Program-made: the position numbers and the translations under genes
From: Balanoglossus misakiensis
Taxonomy: Eukaryota; Animalia; Hemichordata
Direction of reading: 5' to 3'
Assembly (NCBI GenBank): GCA_040954595.2
Contig: CM082582.2
Coordinates: forward strand, 11,526,315 to 11,590,314
Length of the DNA: 64,000 nucleotides
Shown here: positions 13,801 to 25,200 of the stretch, piece by piece
Numbering within the stretch: position 1 is the stretch's first letter
How the letters are laid out: each line of letters starts with the position of its first letter
Notes under the pieces: model-generated
The model's input: only the letters and a program-made list of their open reading frames with translations
Database searches by the model: none
Told to the model about the DNA's origin: nothing

Positions 13801-16800
13801 GTCTGCGGTTGCAATGAATAGAGCAGCAATGGCAAGGATTTCACTTAGCCATGGAAATCAATCCCAGCGTGTTGAAGGCCATTTAAACCCATATCCTAAC
13901 CAAGGATCTCAGTTCTACACAAATCCGTACCAATTTCACCAAAAACACGATGGCTACCAACACGCCCGTTACCCAGGCAACTGGCAGTTTCAGCCCTATG
14001 CACAACCCCAGCAACTGACACGCCCACCAGTCCATCATTTTCTGCCTGGTCAGAACCCCAGTCACTTCCGGCCAGCCCCAGGGCAGGGTCACTTTCAACC
14101 TGGTCTGCCCTCACGCCGCCACCATCTCCTGCCAGACCCCAGACCACACCCACCTAACCAACAGTCCGCTGTTGCTAATGTTTCAGTGTCGAAACCGGTG
14201 ATCCCAAAACCGGTGATCCCGGACAAGCCTGAGAAAGCAGTGCCCAAACCCAAGAAGCTGGACCTCTCCAAGTGGGAGGAGCAGAAGCTGGACAACCTTG
14301 ACAAGGACAGGGATCAGTTGAAGAAGGACTGGCAGCAACAGGACCGCGTTGCACAGAACCTGAGAGAGAGGAAACTTCTTGAGGAACAGAGAAGCGATGG
14401 ACTGAAATTTGTCACTCTTTTGAGGGTATGTACAGTTGCTTTATTTCTCCAAGTAAATGCCTATGTTTATGTGCAATGTTTCATTGATCTGAGATCACAA
14501 ACACGACAGGAGTTGAATTTCATTTTATCTTGCCTTGCGTTCATTCAAATTCATAAATGTAGGAAGCAGAGTCCCAGAACTTTGACTCCGATGAGCTGGA
14601 GATCGCCATGCACTGGTCGGAGAATGGCAACCCTCTCCAATGGCTGCAGCAGCAGTGGCCCGGCGTCACGGAAACAGTGGCTGCCATGGTGACAAACTAC
14701 AAGGAGAACGGCAGCACCGTGGGGAATCTCGGAGAGGCCAGCCTCCACGAAGCGAAGGAGGCCCTCAAGTTGCACCGAGGCGATGTGAAGAAAGCAGTGG
14801 AGGAGTGTGTCAACCAGAGGAAAAAGAAGGTATACTATAATGATATTTGACTGAATAACCTTTGCACCCTGACCCCAGGCGACCTCTGGCATCATTAAAC
14901 AATGTTCTCTCGAGCAGCCGGGGTTGAAAGGGTTAAATTGATGATTCATATGTTGGGTGATTTTTATCATTGAGACTTTGCGTTTGATCACATAACCTTT
15001 AACATAATGAAGGTAATTTCCAAGTGGGCTCTCCCCTCTGTAATGCGCCACAACACATGATGCAGGACATAACATACCCTCGGATTTTTATTACTACAGA
15101 TTGAAGAGATCCTGGACTCTGGCGACTTCACTCGACAGGAAGTGGGCGATGCGCTGAAGAGAAACAAAGGCAGCGCAGAGAAGGCCATCGTGGATCTGCA
15201 GCGTCACTTGCTGCAGCCGTTCACGGAGCGACTGTGGCAGCCAAACGACGAAAATGTGGGAATACAACAAACTGACGTGAACGATCAGAATGCGGACGCT
15301 GAGGTTAGTTAAACACACACCACGCATGTCTTGGCTTAATTTTATGAAACGGTTTCCAGATGACCACGTGCGATTACTGAAAATGGGGGCTCATTTAGTC
15401 AGCCATTTAATCATTTCTAATACTGTTTATTTTCAGAGACGTACTCGCTTGGTTTTGGCTGAATACAGAATGCCCAGTTGGGGACGAGCAGAGACTGCTA
15501 TAAGACTGATTGATATGGCCAAGTATGAGGTGGATGATGCCATTGTTGCTGCGAAAGAGTGTGGCACTTTGCGCCGGGCGGTGGAGTTCTTAGAAAAGGA
15601 GTGTGAAGTGTGCTATACTGCCACGCCTATGAACAAGGTGAGTTGTTACCATTCATTGTGAAACGGCTATCCCCTGTTGTGTTTAAAATCTAGGTTTTAC
15701 AGATATCTCCCCTTCAGCTTGTGAAATCACCTGAATTATTGTGGTTGTTGTAATTGCCAGAGAAATGACTTGAGATCTTAGATGTTTGCCCCTCTCCGGC
15801 CCGGAATCATGCATTCACATAGCCTGATTGACTACAAGCCTCTGAAAATATCGTCTCTTTTCCGTCGATTCTTTCAGCTGGTCACTCTGATGCACTGCCA
15901 GTGTAGGATGTGCAAGGAATGTCTGGTGGATTATTTCCGAATTCAGATCCGGGAGAGGAATATCCGTCAGTGTGTGTGTCCGGTGTGCAGTCTTCCGGAC
16001 ATGGAGGATGAGGAGAATGCTGAGGATTACTTCCAGTTCCTGGATAGTGTTGTAAGCAGCCCCACATTCCTTTTGTGTATTGTTTGTCTTTGGACTTGTT
16101 TTGTCTATCACCAGGCTTACAGCTGTAACACAAAATACTTCACCTACCACATCATATAAATTACATCACATGAGTGTTAATAGAACATAACATGGCCACA
16201 GACAACCTTTACCAAACAACACTTCATTCTTGTACTGTCATTGAGTCATAGTCACCTCTGTTTTATTTCAGGTACAATATTACCTTGATGAGGAAACCCA
16301 CACACTCTTCCAACAGAAGCTGAGAGATATGTATCTAATGAAGGACCCCAACTTTAGATGGTGTTCTCATGTGAGTAATCCACTGCCCTATCCATACTAT
16401 GATTTTTTTTCAAGAAGAAAAGAAATAAATACTAATATCTTGTCACTTGTATGAACATTGTGAAAAGTTTACGTTATCTAATGGCATTTTTGACGGATTG
16501 ATAACTAAATGCTGCTTTGTTGCTCCCATCACAGTGCGATTTTGGTTTTCTGAATGGAAATCCCGACAGACTGAGGATGCAGTGTCCAGAATGTGGAAGA
16601 CTAACCTGCTTTGCTTGCAAGAAACACGTAAGTTGTGAAGACTATGTAAATTGGGACAATGTCACCAACATCTTTTGCCTTGGCTCAAAATTGTCCAGTT
16701 GTGTGCAGCCAATCTCTACTAACTGGCTAGGGGGGGGGGGGGGGCATATTTGATTATTTTATGTTTCACTGCTCTCAAAGCTTGGTGACTGATCAGATTC

Positions 16801-18274
16801 CCTCTTATACTCTCCACACAGTGGTTGGATCAACATGAGGGAATCTCGTGTGAGGAATTCCAGGCCTGGAAGGAAGCGAATGATCCTGATCGGCAGGCAG
16901 CCGGATTGGCCGCTCACCTCAAGGAAAATGGAATAGGTATGTCAGCTGTGTTTATTCTCGACTGCCGACATTTTTTTTTTTTGCTGAGTGTGTGCATGAA
17001 AGTGTCAAAGATTACTAAGGAATAAAACATGAATCTCTCTTTCTCTTCCCTCTGTGTCTGCCAGATTGTCCCAATTGCAAATTCCGATATGCATTGGCCA
17101 AGGGTGGCTGCATGCATTTCAAGTGTTCCCAATGCCGTCACGAATTCTGCAGTGGTTGCAATAAACCGTTCAAGACAAAATGTACGCAGTTCAAGAATTG
17201 CGAAAAGATAGGACTCCACGCACACCACCCGAGAAACTGTCTGTTTTATCTCCGAGATGAAGAAATCAATGTTCTTCAGAAACTGCTCAAGGTGAGGTTC
17301 AGGGTGGTTCGCCCTACAGTTGTACAATAATAACCTCTGGTTATGTTATCTGTCAGTATTCACCAATTGCAGGCCTGATGACTGTCAACCCCCACCCCCT
17401 ATCTATCTGTAAATACCCCTTTGGTAACTTCTGAGACATCATTTGTAAGTTTATGTCTATTGCCACTCTAATAGTAATGCTCAATTTTGTCTTCTCTCAT
17501 AGGATCATGACATAGCGTTTGATACAGCACCCCCTCAGCCGGGCGCTCGAGTTGCAGCAGAAGGTGAAGAAGAGGGAGCAGCTGCGGCTCTGCCTCCTCC
17601 GGGAAAATGCCGAGTAGAGGAACAGAAAGAGACCCAGGATGGATTGAAAGATGATTTCTGTGGCCGGGACACCGTTCCTGGATACGCTGGTCTGTGCAAG
17701 TGAGTAGGAAAATAGGATTTTCAGAAAATGGGGAGAATGTTTTCATACCTCAGGAAATCAAAGTCGTCTTTTTTAACCCGTTCAAGTTTTTTTTAAATTT
17801 TGAGTATTTATGCAGTCATTGTGGTCAAACTGTAATTTTTATTTCTATTGCATCGTGGCAGACTTCACTACTCAGAGTACCTGGTAGAGCTGATAAAGAA
17901 CAACAACATCGACCCGGCTGTCATGTTCAAAGCAAACCAATTGCAGATCATCTTGGAGAGAAATGAAATCAAGGTTCCTCAAAGGAAAGGGAAAGAAAGC
18001 GAGGCACAGTTTACACACAGGCTGCTGGAGGTGAGTGTTTGTTATCCCTGTCATAGGGGGCGCTGTCTAGTCTTCACTTTTTCAGTGGCACAAACATGGC
18101 TGCCATGTCGTTGTGTATGTGTTAGTATCTGCTGGGTTTATTTCAATATTGAAGCGAGTGCTAATTTCAAATTACCTCTCAAGAATATACGTTTTGATGA
18201 TATCAGTGGTAACTAATGTTATTTGTTGATTTCAGTTGGTACAGCAGCGTATCCCTCTTCAGGAACCGAGGTGA
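7832..18274 (+). CDS. RNF31: E3 ubiquitin-protein ligase RNF31/HOIP (catalytic LUBAC subunit; PUB, B-box, zinc fingers, UBA, RING1-IBR-RING2, LDD); about 1689 aa in this model
   Basis: In-frame GT-AG exons 7832-8164, 8863-9009, 9856-10143, 10327-10759, 10877-11120, 11272-11410, 11577-12902, 13087-13222, 14187-14425, 14563-14829, 15100-15303, 15437-15637, 15878-16051, 16272-16370, 16535-16627, 16822-16936, 17065-17291, 17503-17699, 17862-18030, 18236-18274. HOIP-type PUB ([10 protein letters not shown]...[11 protein letters not shown]...[12 protein letters not shown]...DGLAFP), B-box CDLC...[30 protein letters not shown]...[17 protein letters not shown] before RING1, KDPNFRWC (IBR), RING2 [23 protein letters not shown] with the catalytic Cys/His, [21 protein letters not shown]. 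The 13222-14187 junction is the least certain. Confidence 0.95.
14855..14936. mobile_element. Possible degenerate short MITE (piggyBac-like TTAA/CCC termini) in an RNF31 intron
   Basis: Left end ataacctttgcaccctg and right end ggggttgaaagggttaa form an imperfect terminal inverted repeat; a similar right-end sequence (gggattcaaaggggtaa) occurs at about 13381-13397. Confidence 0.35.
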
Positions 18275-20365
18275 AAACTTGGGATGAGGGTTGGATAACT
18301 CTAAGGACAACTGTTGATATTGCTGTCATGAAAATGGACAGCGCTTGCAGCTGAGTGGTGCCGACAGTGTGTTGGGTCTACGAAATATTCCAGAAAGAGG
18401 TACAAAACACATAATTCAAAAATGTGTACAATTTTGATTAGTTGAGTAAAGGGAAATTACTGTGAAATTTTTCTATCCTAGTGACAATTTTTCGTAACAG
18501 TTCTGACCAATTACTTGGCATATGGAGAAGTTTTCCTAGTCTATTCTAACTGCAGAAATACCCGTAGTAGAAATATACTAAATATTTAGGAATTTCTTTG
18601 AAAGCGAAATTTATTTCTGTATTTGACACATTGCTGTTGTGCTACAATTTCCAAAGCTCTGCATGTATTGTTGTACTGTCTTTGGAAGGAGGATTTATTT
18701 CTTTCAGTTAAAAATAGTTTGACATTTTGAGAATTGATTCCATGAAATATACCATGTTTGATTTGCACAGATAAACAACACAGGGGACCAAGTTTTGAAC
18801 ATATAAAGCATGATATATTGTCATGTATTGTCACAAAAGTATTTTCTTTGCTTTAGCGATTTTTTTTCCATATCGTTCTACCTTATAAACAACTCGCGTT
18901 ATTTACAGTATAATCTGTGTGACTATGTTCTCTGAATTTTCAAATTTAGATCACACAAAGTGGGGCTTTATTAAGGGTGTTTTGTGTTGTCATGGTCTTT
19001 TGAAAGCCATTTAAGTTTTCCTTTCTTTATGTTCTGTGTTTTCTGAAATTCTGTTATATATAATTTGATTTTGTTTTGTAATTTCTCGGACTAATTTTAT
19101 TTGCAACCTGGCTGGGGGTACCTCTTATAAGGAGCTTGATCTCAGATCTTGTGAAAGCGAGTAATACTTTGTACAGATTTCTATTTGGTTAGGGAAACCT
19201 AATGAATCCAAGAAACATCTACCCCCAAGCGATTGAAAGCAAGTGCCTTACAAGCTAGTACATATATTTGCTTTTTACTGTTTTCATTTTGTGTTCATCT
19301 TCAGTTTATTTTGGGGTTTTGAGAGAAGGTTGGGCACACCATTTGTTTACAGAATACGTTGTATCTTAGTCCAATATCTTACCAGTCAAAACTATTTCAA
19401 CCCCTCCCCCTCCCACAGATGTTTGACCAATGTATTATTTTCTTTTCAAATTTGAATTTAAAGTGCACATTTTCACTGTAACCCTGCCTTGTTTCTTGGG
19501 TGACGTGGCTCAGTGGGGTTTGAATATTGCAATAAGTGAAATGAAACTGACCTTAATATTGGTGGAAGTCAGTGTGGCAGTAGCTGTAGCAACAGCATCT
19601 TCTGTAAAAAACGGTGTCATCATTGACAAGGTCTGTTTTGTGTATTTGGGAAGGCAGGAGGTATAGGGTGGGCGAAAAAAAACGCTTAAAAATCAGTAAC
19701 ATTTACAAAAGTTTATTTGCACAAAAATAGTTTAATATTTCTCATAAAATGAATTTGTGAAACTACACTTTTCTTTGCTGGAGGAAGAGCTGGATTTTGT
19801 GGTTTACATGATTGAAAGACTAGTAGTTGCCCGTGAAAATTTATACAAAAAGGGCTTCTGCATGAAGTCTCAAGATTGTAAATCTTGGGATTGAAGTAGA
19901 ACATTAGTATGACTATTGCTACTTTGTGCTGTTATTGGGAATTTGATAAACATTATGGATACAGTATTTCGGATCAAACGAAATGTGTATTGGCATTTAT
20001 CATTTGTTGGTTGGTTGAATTACTTACTAGTATACATGTATTTCATATATTCTAATCTTTTATTTAAATAACAGGAATATGGCTTAATAAACTGCAAGAA
20101 TTCTAAAAGACAAACTGAAACTGAATGAGTATACCCCATTCTCTTGTGAAACAGGTACATGGAATTTTCTTCTTGATTTCAATTGCTTACAGCAGTGAGC
20201 TCGAAACTTCAGAAATTATTTGTGAACAATAAGCACTTCTGATAAATTAATCAAATAGAGTCTGAGACTGTACAAGAAAATTATCTTAAGTTCCTAAATA
20301 TATACAAAGACAAACCGAAATCTGATTCTGTGATTTAACTCCAGTTCTTGGAAATGCTAAGCAGT

Positions 20366-21828
20366 TCATAGGACTTGGTACTGGGCCATGGCGAGCTCTG
20401 CCAGGGAATCGACGCTGGTGTCATCAACCATGGCTGACATCTCATCCAAGACATCTCGGACCGACTGGTAAGTGCCCGTTTTGCTGTTCACGATGATGTT
20501 GTTGTTATGGATACGCGTGTACATGCACTCGGTGGTGCGGTCATACAGCGGCGCGTCGTACTCGGAGCAACCGTCGTCCTTTGCGCTCGGCGTCGACCAT
20601 TGCGATTCCTATGCGGAGAGAAATTAAAAACAAGAGAATAAGTTATAGTGTATTATAGAGGGGGCTGTATTGTAGGCCTTGCACGGTACGGACACACCAC
20701 GTGTATGAGTGAAGTTTTGCAACTACGCGTTACGGGAGTTAATGATAAGCGTATTTTTAGCGTGACGGGTCCGAAGGAAACAAATATTTTACTGCCCCCA
20801 TGATAAATAAATTGGTCAGGCGGATGAGAAACTAACCAGTAACAGTGAACATTCTACTATTACAAATCGAGAATCTTTTCACTTACCCTTTTCACTTCAA
20901 CATGTGAACCAGAACTTTTCTTGTGGAGATGTTGTTCGTCATCTGCAAACCAGTACAACGTTTCGTCGCAATATTCTTGTGCTTCATATGTCGTGCTCGA
21001 CGGCGCTTCTTGGTCGCGGTTCTCGGCGATCCACGGAGTGCCTTGATCGATGTGCGTAGTGCTGGAGACGCCGTTGTTGTCTTGGTGGTGGTGGTCACTT
21101 GGAGTTGTTCGGTTCTGGTCGTATTGGCAGCTGCTTGTGTAACTGGAAAAACTGCCAAATTCTTGCTGGTGGTACGGTGGGATCGCCGTGTGTTGATAAT
21201 GGCTCGGGTAGCCTTGTGGTACACTCTGATAAAAATGTCCGTATGTTGGCATGCCGAGCATGAGATTGTCGCTCTGATGGTGAAGCTGGTCGTTGCTTTG
21301 GACTGGTGTCAGCTGCCTGCTGTCTACGAAGTGGGACAGGGCCTGTGCTCCACTGGTCACGTTGCATATGATTGGACTGGAGTTGCTACTGTTCTGCCGG
21401 GCTGTGAACACACCTGTCTGCTTCTCACCTGCGGTGGTCGCCGGGGCGTCCTTGGCGAAGTAGCTCACCAGCCTGGCCTGCATCTTCTTGATGTCCAGCT
21501 TGGAGTTCGGCTTCACCGCCCAGTAGTTGTCTTTCCCGAACGGACGCCGGAAATCCCGCAGCACTTTGTCGAACCGGCCGCTGGCGGACAGGTTGTGGCG
21601 GACGCTGTTCTTCCAGCCGACGTAGTCGCCTTGGAAACAGGGGAAGGTGCGCTCCAGGTACTCGGTTATTTCGCGGAGGGTCAGCATCTTGGTCAGGGAC
21701 GAGTCGATCGCGATGGTGATCAGCTCGACGAAGGAGAACGGCGGCTTGCTGTGGCGCGTGTAGTTCGGTCGTGTGGCGCCCCTGGTGCGAGCCTGGCGGG
21801 TACTGCCGTTTTCGTTGGAATTCGCCAT
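20366..21828 (-). CDS. Divergent forkhead-box transcription factor, FoxQ1-related (two exons, about 394 aa)
   Basis: Exon 1 21828-20887 encodes a forkhead domain (YTRHSKPPFSF...[11 protein letters not shown]...KVLRDFRRPFGKDNYW). Consensus donor AGG|GTAAGT at 20887/20886; acceptor with pyrimidine tract ...tttctctccgcatag| at 20609/20608; exon 2 20608-20366 continues in phase 0 for 80 codons (ESQWSTPSAKDD...LAELAMAQYQVL*). The unspliced ORF in the track (20860-21828) would stop 8 codons after the donor. Confidence 0.88.
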
Positions 21829-21909
21829 TTTCTGGAAAGGTGTTCTTACTTCGATGTGTCTTCGCTGTCAAGCAGAAGTGGAATGAAGGACTCTGCAAAA
21901 TCTTGCCAG

Positions 21910-22230
21910 TTTATATGATTTTTTTTGGCCGGATTAGCATAGCTATTCACACCTCGGATTAAAAGATAAAAGGTGTGAGCAACCACCCAAGTCGGAGGAG
22001 TGGTATTTGCATAAGCCGAATATTATAATTAATTGCAAAATAATGACCCCCCTAATCGACTCCAGAACGTGACAAGCTTGTCCCAGATCCTTTGGTCTTT
22101 GTACAGTGAAAAAAAGATTTGTCTACCAAGAAACTGACAAGGAAACCAGCAACGCGCTAAAACTCAACCAAAAGTCAAAATCGGTCAAGAAGACAATTTC
22201 AGTGGGGGCCCCGGGGGCGGTGTAATCCAA
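21910..22230 (-). promoter_or_regulatory. Proximal promoter of the divergent Fox gene
   Basis: TATAAA on minus strand at 21910-21915 about 80 bp upstream of the ATG; TAATCC/GGATTA motifs at 21931, 21956 and about 22223; octamer ATTTGCAT at 22005-22012. Confidence 0.45.
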
Positions 22231-25200
22231 TTTTTCGTTTGAAAATCCCTTGGTTTGTTGTGTTTGTCAGTTTGAACAGGGCCAACACCTGGTGAGTTGA
22301 GAACTTCCTGTGGGAAACAATAGAAGTGGCGATGGCCGGTTGTTGTAAGCCGTGAATAAGCTTGTGTGGTTAGGAGATGCTGCACGCGACAAGTCTCCGA
22401 GTGCATTTTCGGGAAGCCGTACCTTTTCCACAAAATAGAGGGGTTGCGATTGTGGCATTCTAAGCTTTAAATGTTGTCAGTTCTCGTATTACTTTTCCAA
22501 ACTTATTCTTTTGAGGAACACATATATTCAAGATCGATCATAGTGTTTAAGGTCACTGACAGTTTGGGAGGGATCCCTACCTCTCCACAAAATCAAATGG
22601 TCTTAAAAAACATTAAATACCTCCGGTGCAAATCGTTTTTGTGATCGGCTTATATGTTGTCAATTTTAGTCCAATATTTGGGGATCGATCGAGCAAATAA
22701 CAATTGGGAAAGATATGTTTTTTTCTCGAGTAACCATGGTTGCGCCTTGTTTCTGTTCAGGGGGAGATGACAAGAGTCATCTCATCAAATCATGTTTGCC
22801 CTGTGTACATTTCAAGTAAATGTCACCGGGGTTACATCTTAGCGTACATTCGCATCAACCGGTGACCGCGGCGACCCCCAATTTTGATTCCAAATTTTAA
22901 GAGAGACTCACCTAATTGCTTCGAGCAAAATGTGAAAAAAATAAGACTACCTTAACGATGATTACCATCCATCTACACATCTCAGCATTGTTCATGTCGG
23001 CCAATTGCTAACTGAGGATTTAGAAAAAATTCTGCGTCAATATATTTTCCCCAATTATCAAGTAAGCAGAGAAAATAAATAATTTTCCGCTTCACCAGAG
23101 TAATGTCAGCTGTTCACTTTTTAATCTCGTCTTCTTTTTTGTTTATTTTCATCGGCGCACACTGAACGCGATTTTTCGTGACCATCCGTGCAGTAACAGT
23201 ATAATAAACAGTCGTAGACTCGAAGCGAGACTTCCAGCCAGGCACGACGTACATGGTTTATTTTAATAAAAATTAAAAAATTGCTTCCAGCATGAACTCA
23301 GCGGTACATCCACGCTTCCTGCTAGGCACGGCGTCGTTAGTTTATTTGTAATATAAAATGTATATTTCTATACTGCGAATAATCCCCCATTTTACCATTT
23401 CCTGAGATTTACCCGAATTGACTACAGACTCTCCCGTTGCGGAGTGGCGACGAAAGACGCGGTATTCACGCGCTGTCATTTCATTATCGAAATTATTTAA
23501 AACACTTAGATATTGAATGGATCTATAGAGGTGTTGAAACGCCTTGTCAATGCAACCAGAGTGTGACACGCTTCGTGACTCTGTCTTGACAAGAGAGTTC
23601 GCCGACATGACAAAGCGGATGCACTGCAGATCGTTGCCACGTGCTTTCGGGGAATGGTACAATCACAGTCCCTCCACCTGTGTGGAGCATGGGTACTGGA
23701 GGCAATGAGCGCTATCAAAACGAAGCCATAGAAATACGATTACAGCCCTCTCAATTTAGCGATTTCACGGAAACACACGTGACGGTGTATGAAAGAATTT
23801 TGAATCTGTGTAGGAAAGTGGGTTCATACATGTATAGCCAATCTATCAAACCCACGGCAATTAGCAACCTTGGTTCTAGTATTCGTAATCAATGTCACCC
23901 CTTTGTCATATTGGTGTAGTTTTAGTGAGCGTGCGGACTGTAATAGGCATGATACTTCCCCCAAGATCCAGGTGACGCCGGCCTTTTGATTTATTTTAGG
24001 CCTAAGAATCTAAAGCGCAGTTTCTGTATTATATCTTTGTGATGACTCGAAACCATAGACTGTTGATAAAAAGAGTCTTTCAAGACATCCTGGCGAAATT
24101 CTTAGAGTGAACCGTGAAGGCCTCTCAGTGCCATTACTGTGTTTCATGATTGTTTCGCATATCTGCAATTTCTTTGAAATTCGGTTGTTTGGGATTCTGC
24201 TGTGTGAAATGTCGGCACGCCCTTGATCATGTTTGTCAACACAAGCTTGGTTGCGCATTGTTGTTGTTGACAAGCACGTTCACAACAATGCATTGTTACT
24301 GGTGTCAAGTGAGTTCTGTGCAAGAACAATGACGGTGTGAAGCCATTGGGCAGGTTGTGTCTTGTGTTGACACCCCAAAAGAGGGCGCCTCGAGTAGTGC
24401 AACAAACCAGGTGGGTTCAAAAGATAACCACAGATGCCGCCATGCATAAATTAATAGTATGACTGACTAGTCCAGAGTTTAAACTAAAAATAGTAAACTC
24501 ATACCAAGAAAATGCCATGATGTAAAAGCCACTGAATGAAAGGGCCATGTCGAGGTGTCATCTTCAACACGTCTATCTGTTTGCACGAACAATATTTGCC
24601 AATCGCGCGATGAAACCAAAGTTTTTTCACCTTAGTTGTTCTTCTTTTCGCTGGTAATCATTGCAATCTCACAAAATCAATACACAACAGGATTACTAGA
24701 AGTTGTTGTTTGGCAGAGGCAAATCACACACCTTAAAATCATAAAAAAAAACGCGAACACCGTGACTTCAACTAACATTTTTGATTGTTGGTCTTATTCT
24801 TGTGGTCATGCGTTTGCATGTATTAAGGTTGGGAAAATGATTTTGAGGGTGAAACAATTTAGCCAGCTCTCCCTATGAAGATTTTATTTTTTCAGTAATT
24901 CAGTGTACAAACTCATCCACACGCTGTAATCGGATTTTGTAATTGTTGATGACATGGTATGGTATTTGTGTTTGCGTACAGATAGAAGTAATTTTTGTCT
25001 TCCTCATTTGCTAAGGAAAACTCTTTGACAGGTGTAGTGATTGACAGGTGATGTGACTGATGTACAAATGTATTTTTTAGGGTAATTATCTACTGTGTAG
25101 TTCCTTGAAATATTTCCAAATCTACCATTTCGGTAGCCATGGAGATGAACAGCGCCACCAATTGACAGAAGTCGATTCCCTGACCTCTTCGCCCGAGGAC

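Noticed and set aside
20366-21828. Naming the minus-strand Fox gene FOXH1
   Set aside because: Some FoxH-like residues are present, but the wing region matches FoxQ1 and no PPNK-type Smad-interaction motif is visible; a phylogeny is required, so no symbol is given.
20923-21918. 331-aa plus-strand ORF
   Set aside because: Antisense shadow of the GC-rich forkhead exon; no recognisable domain.
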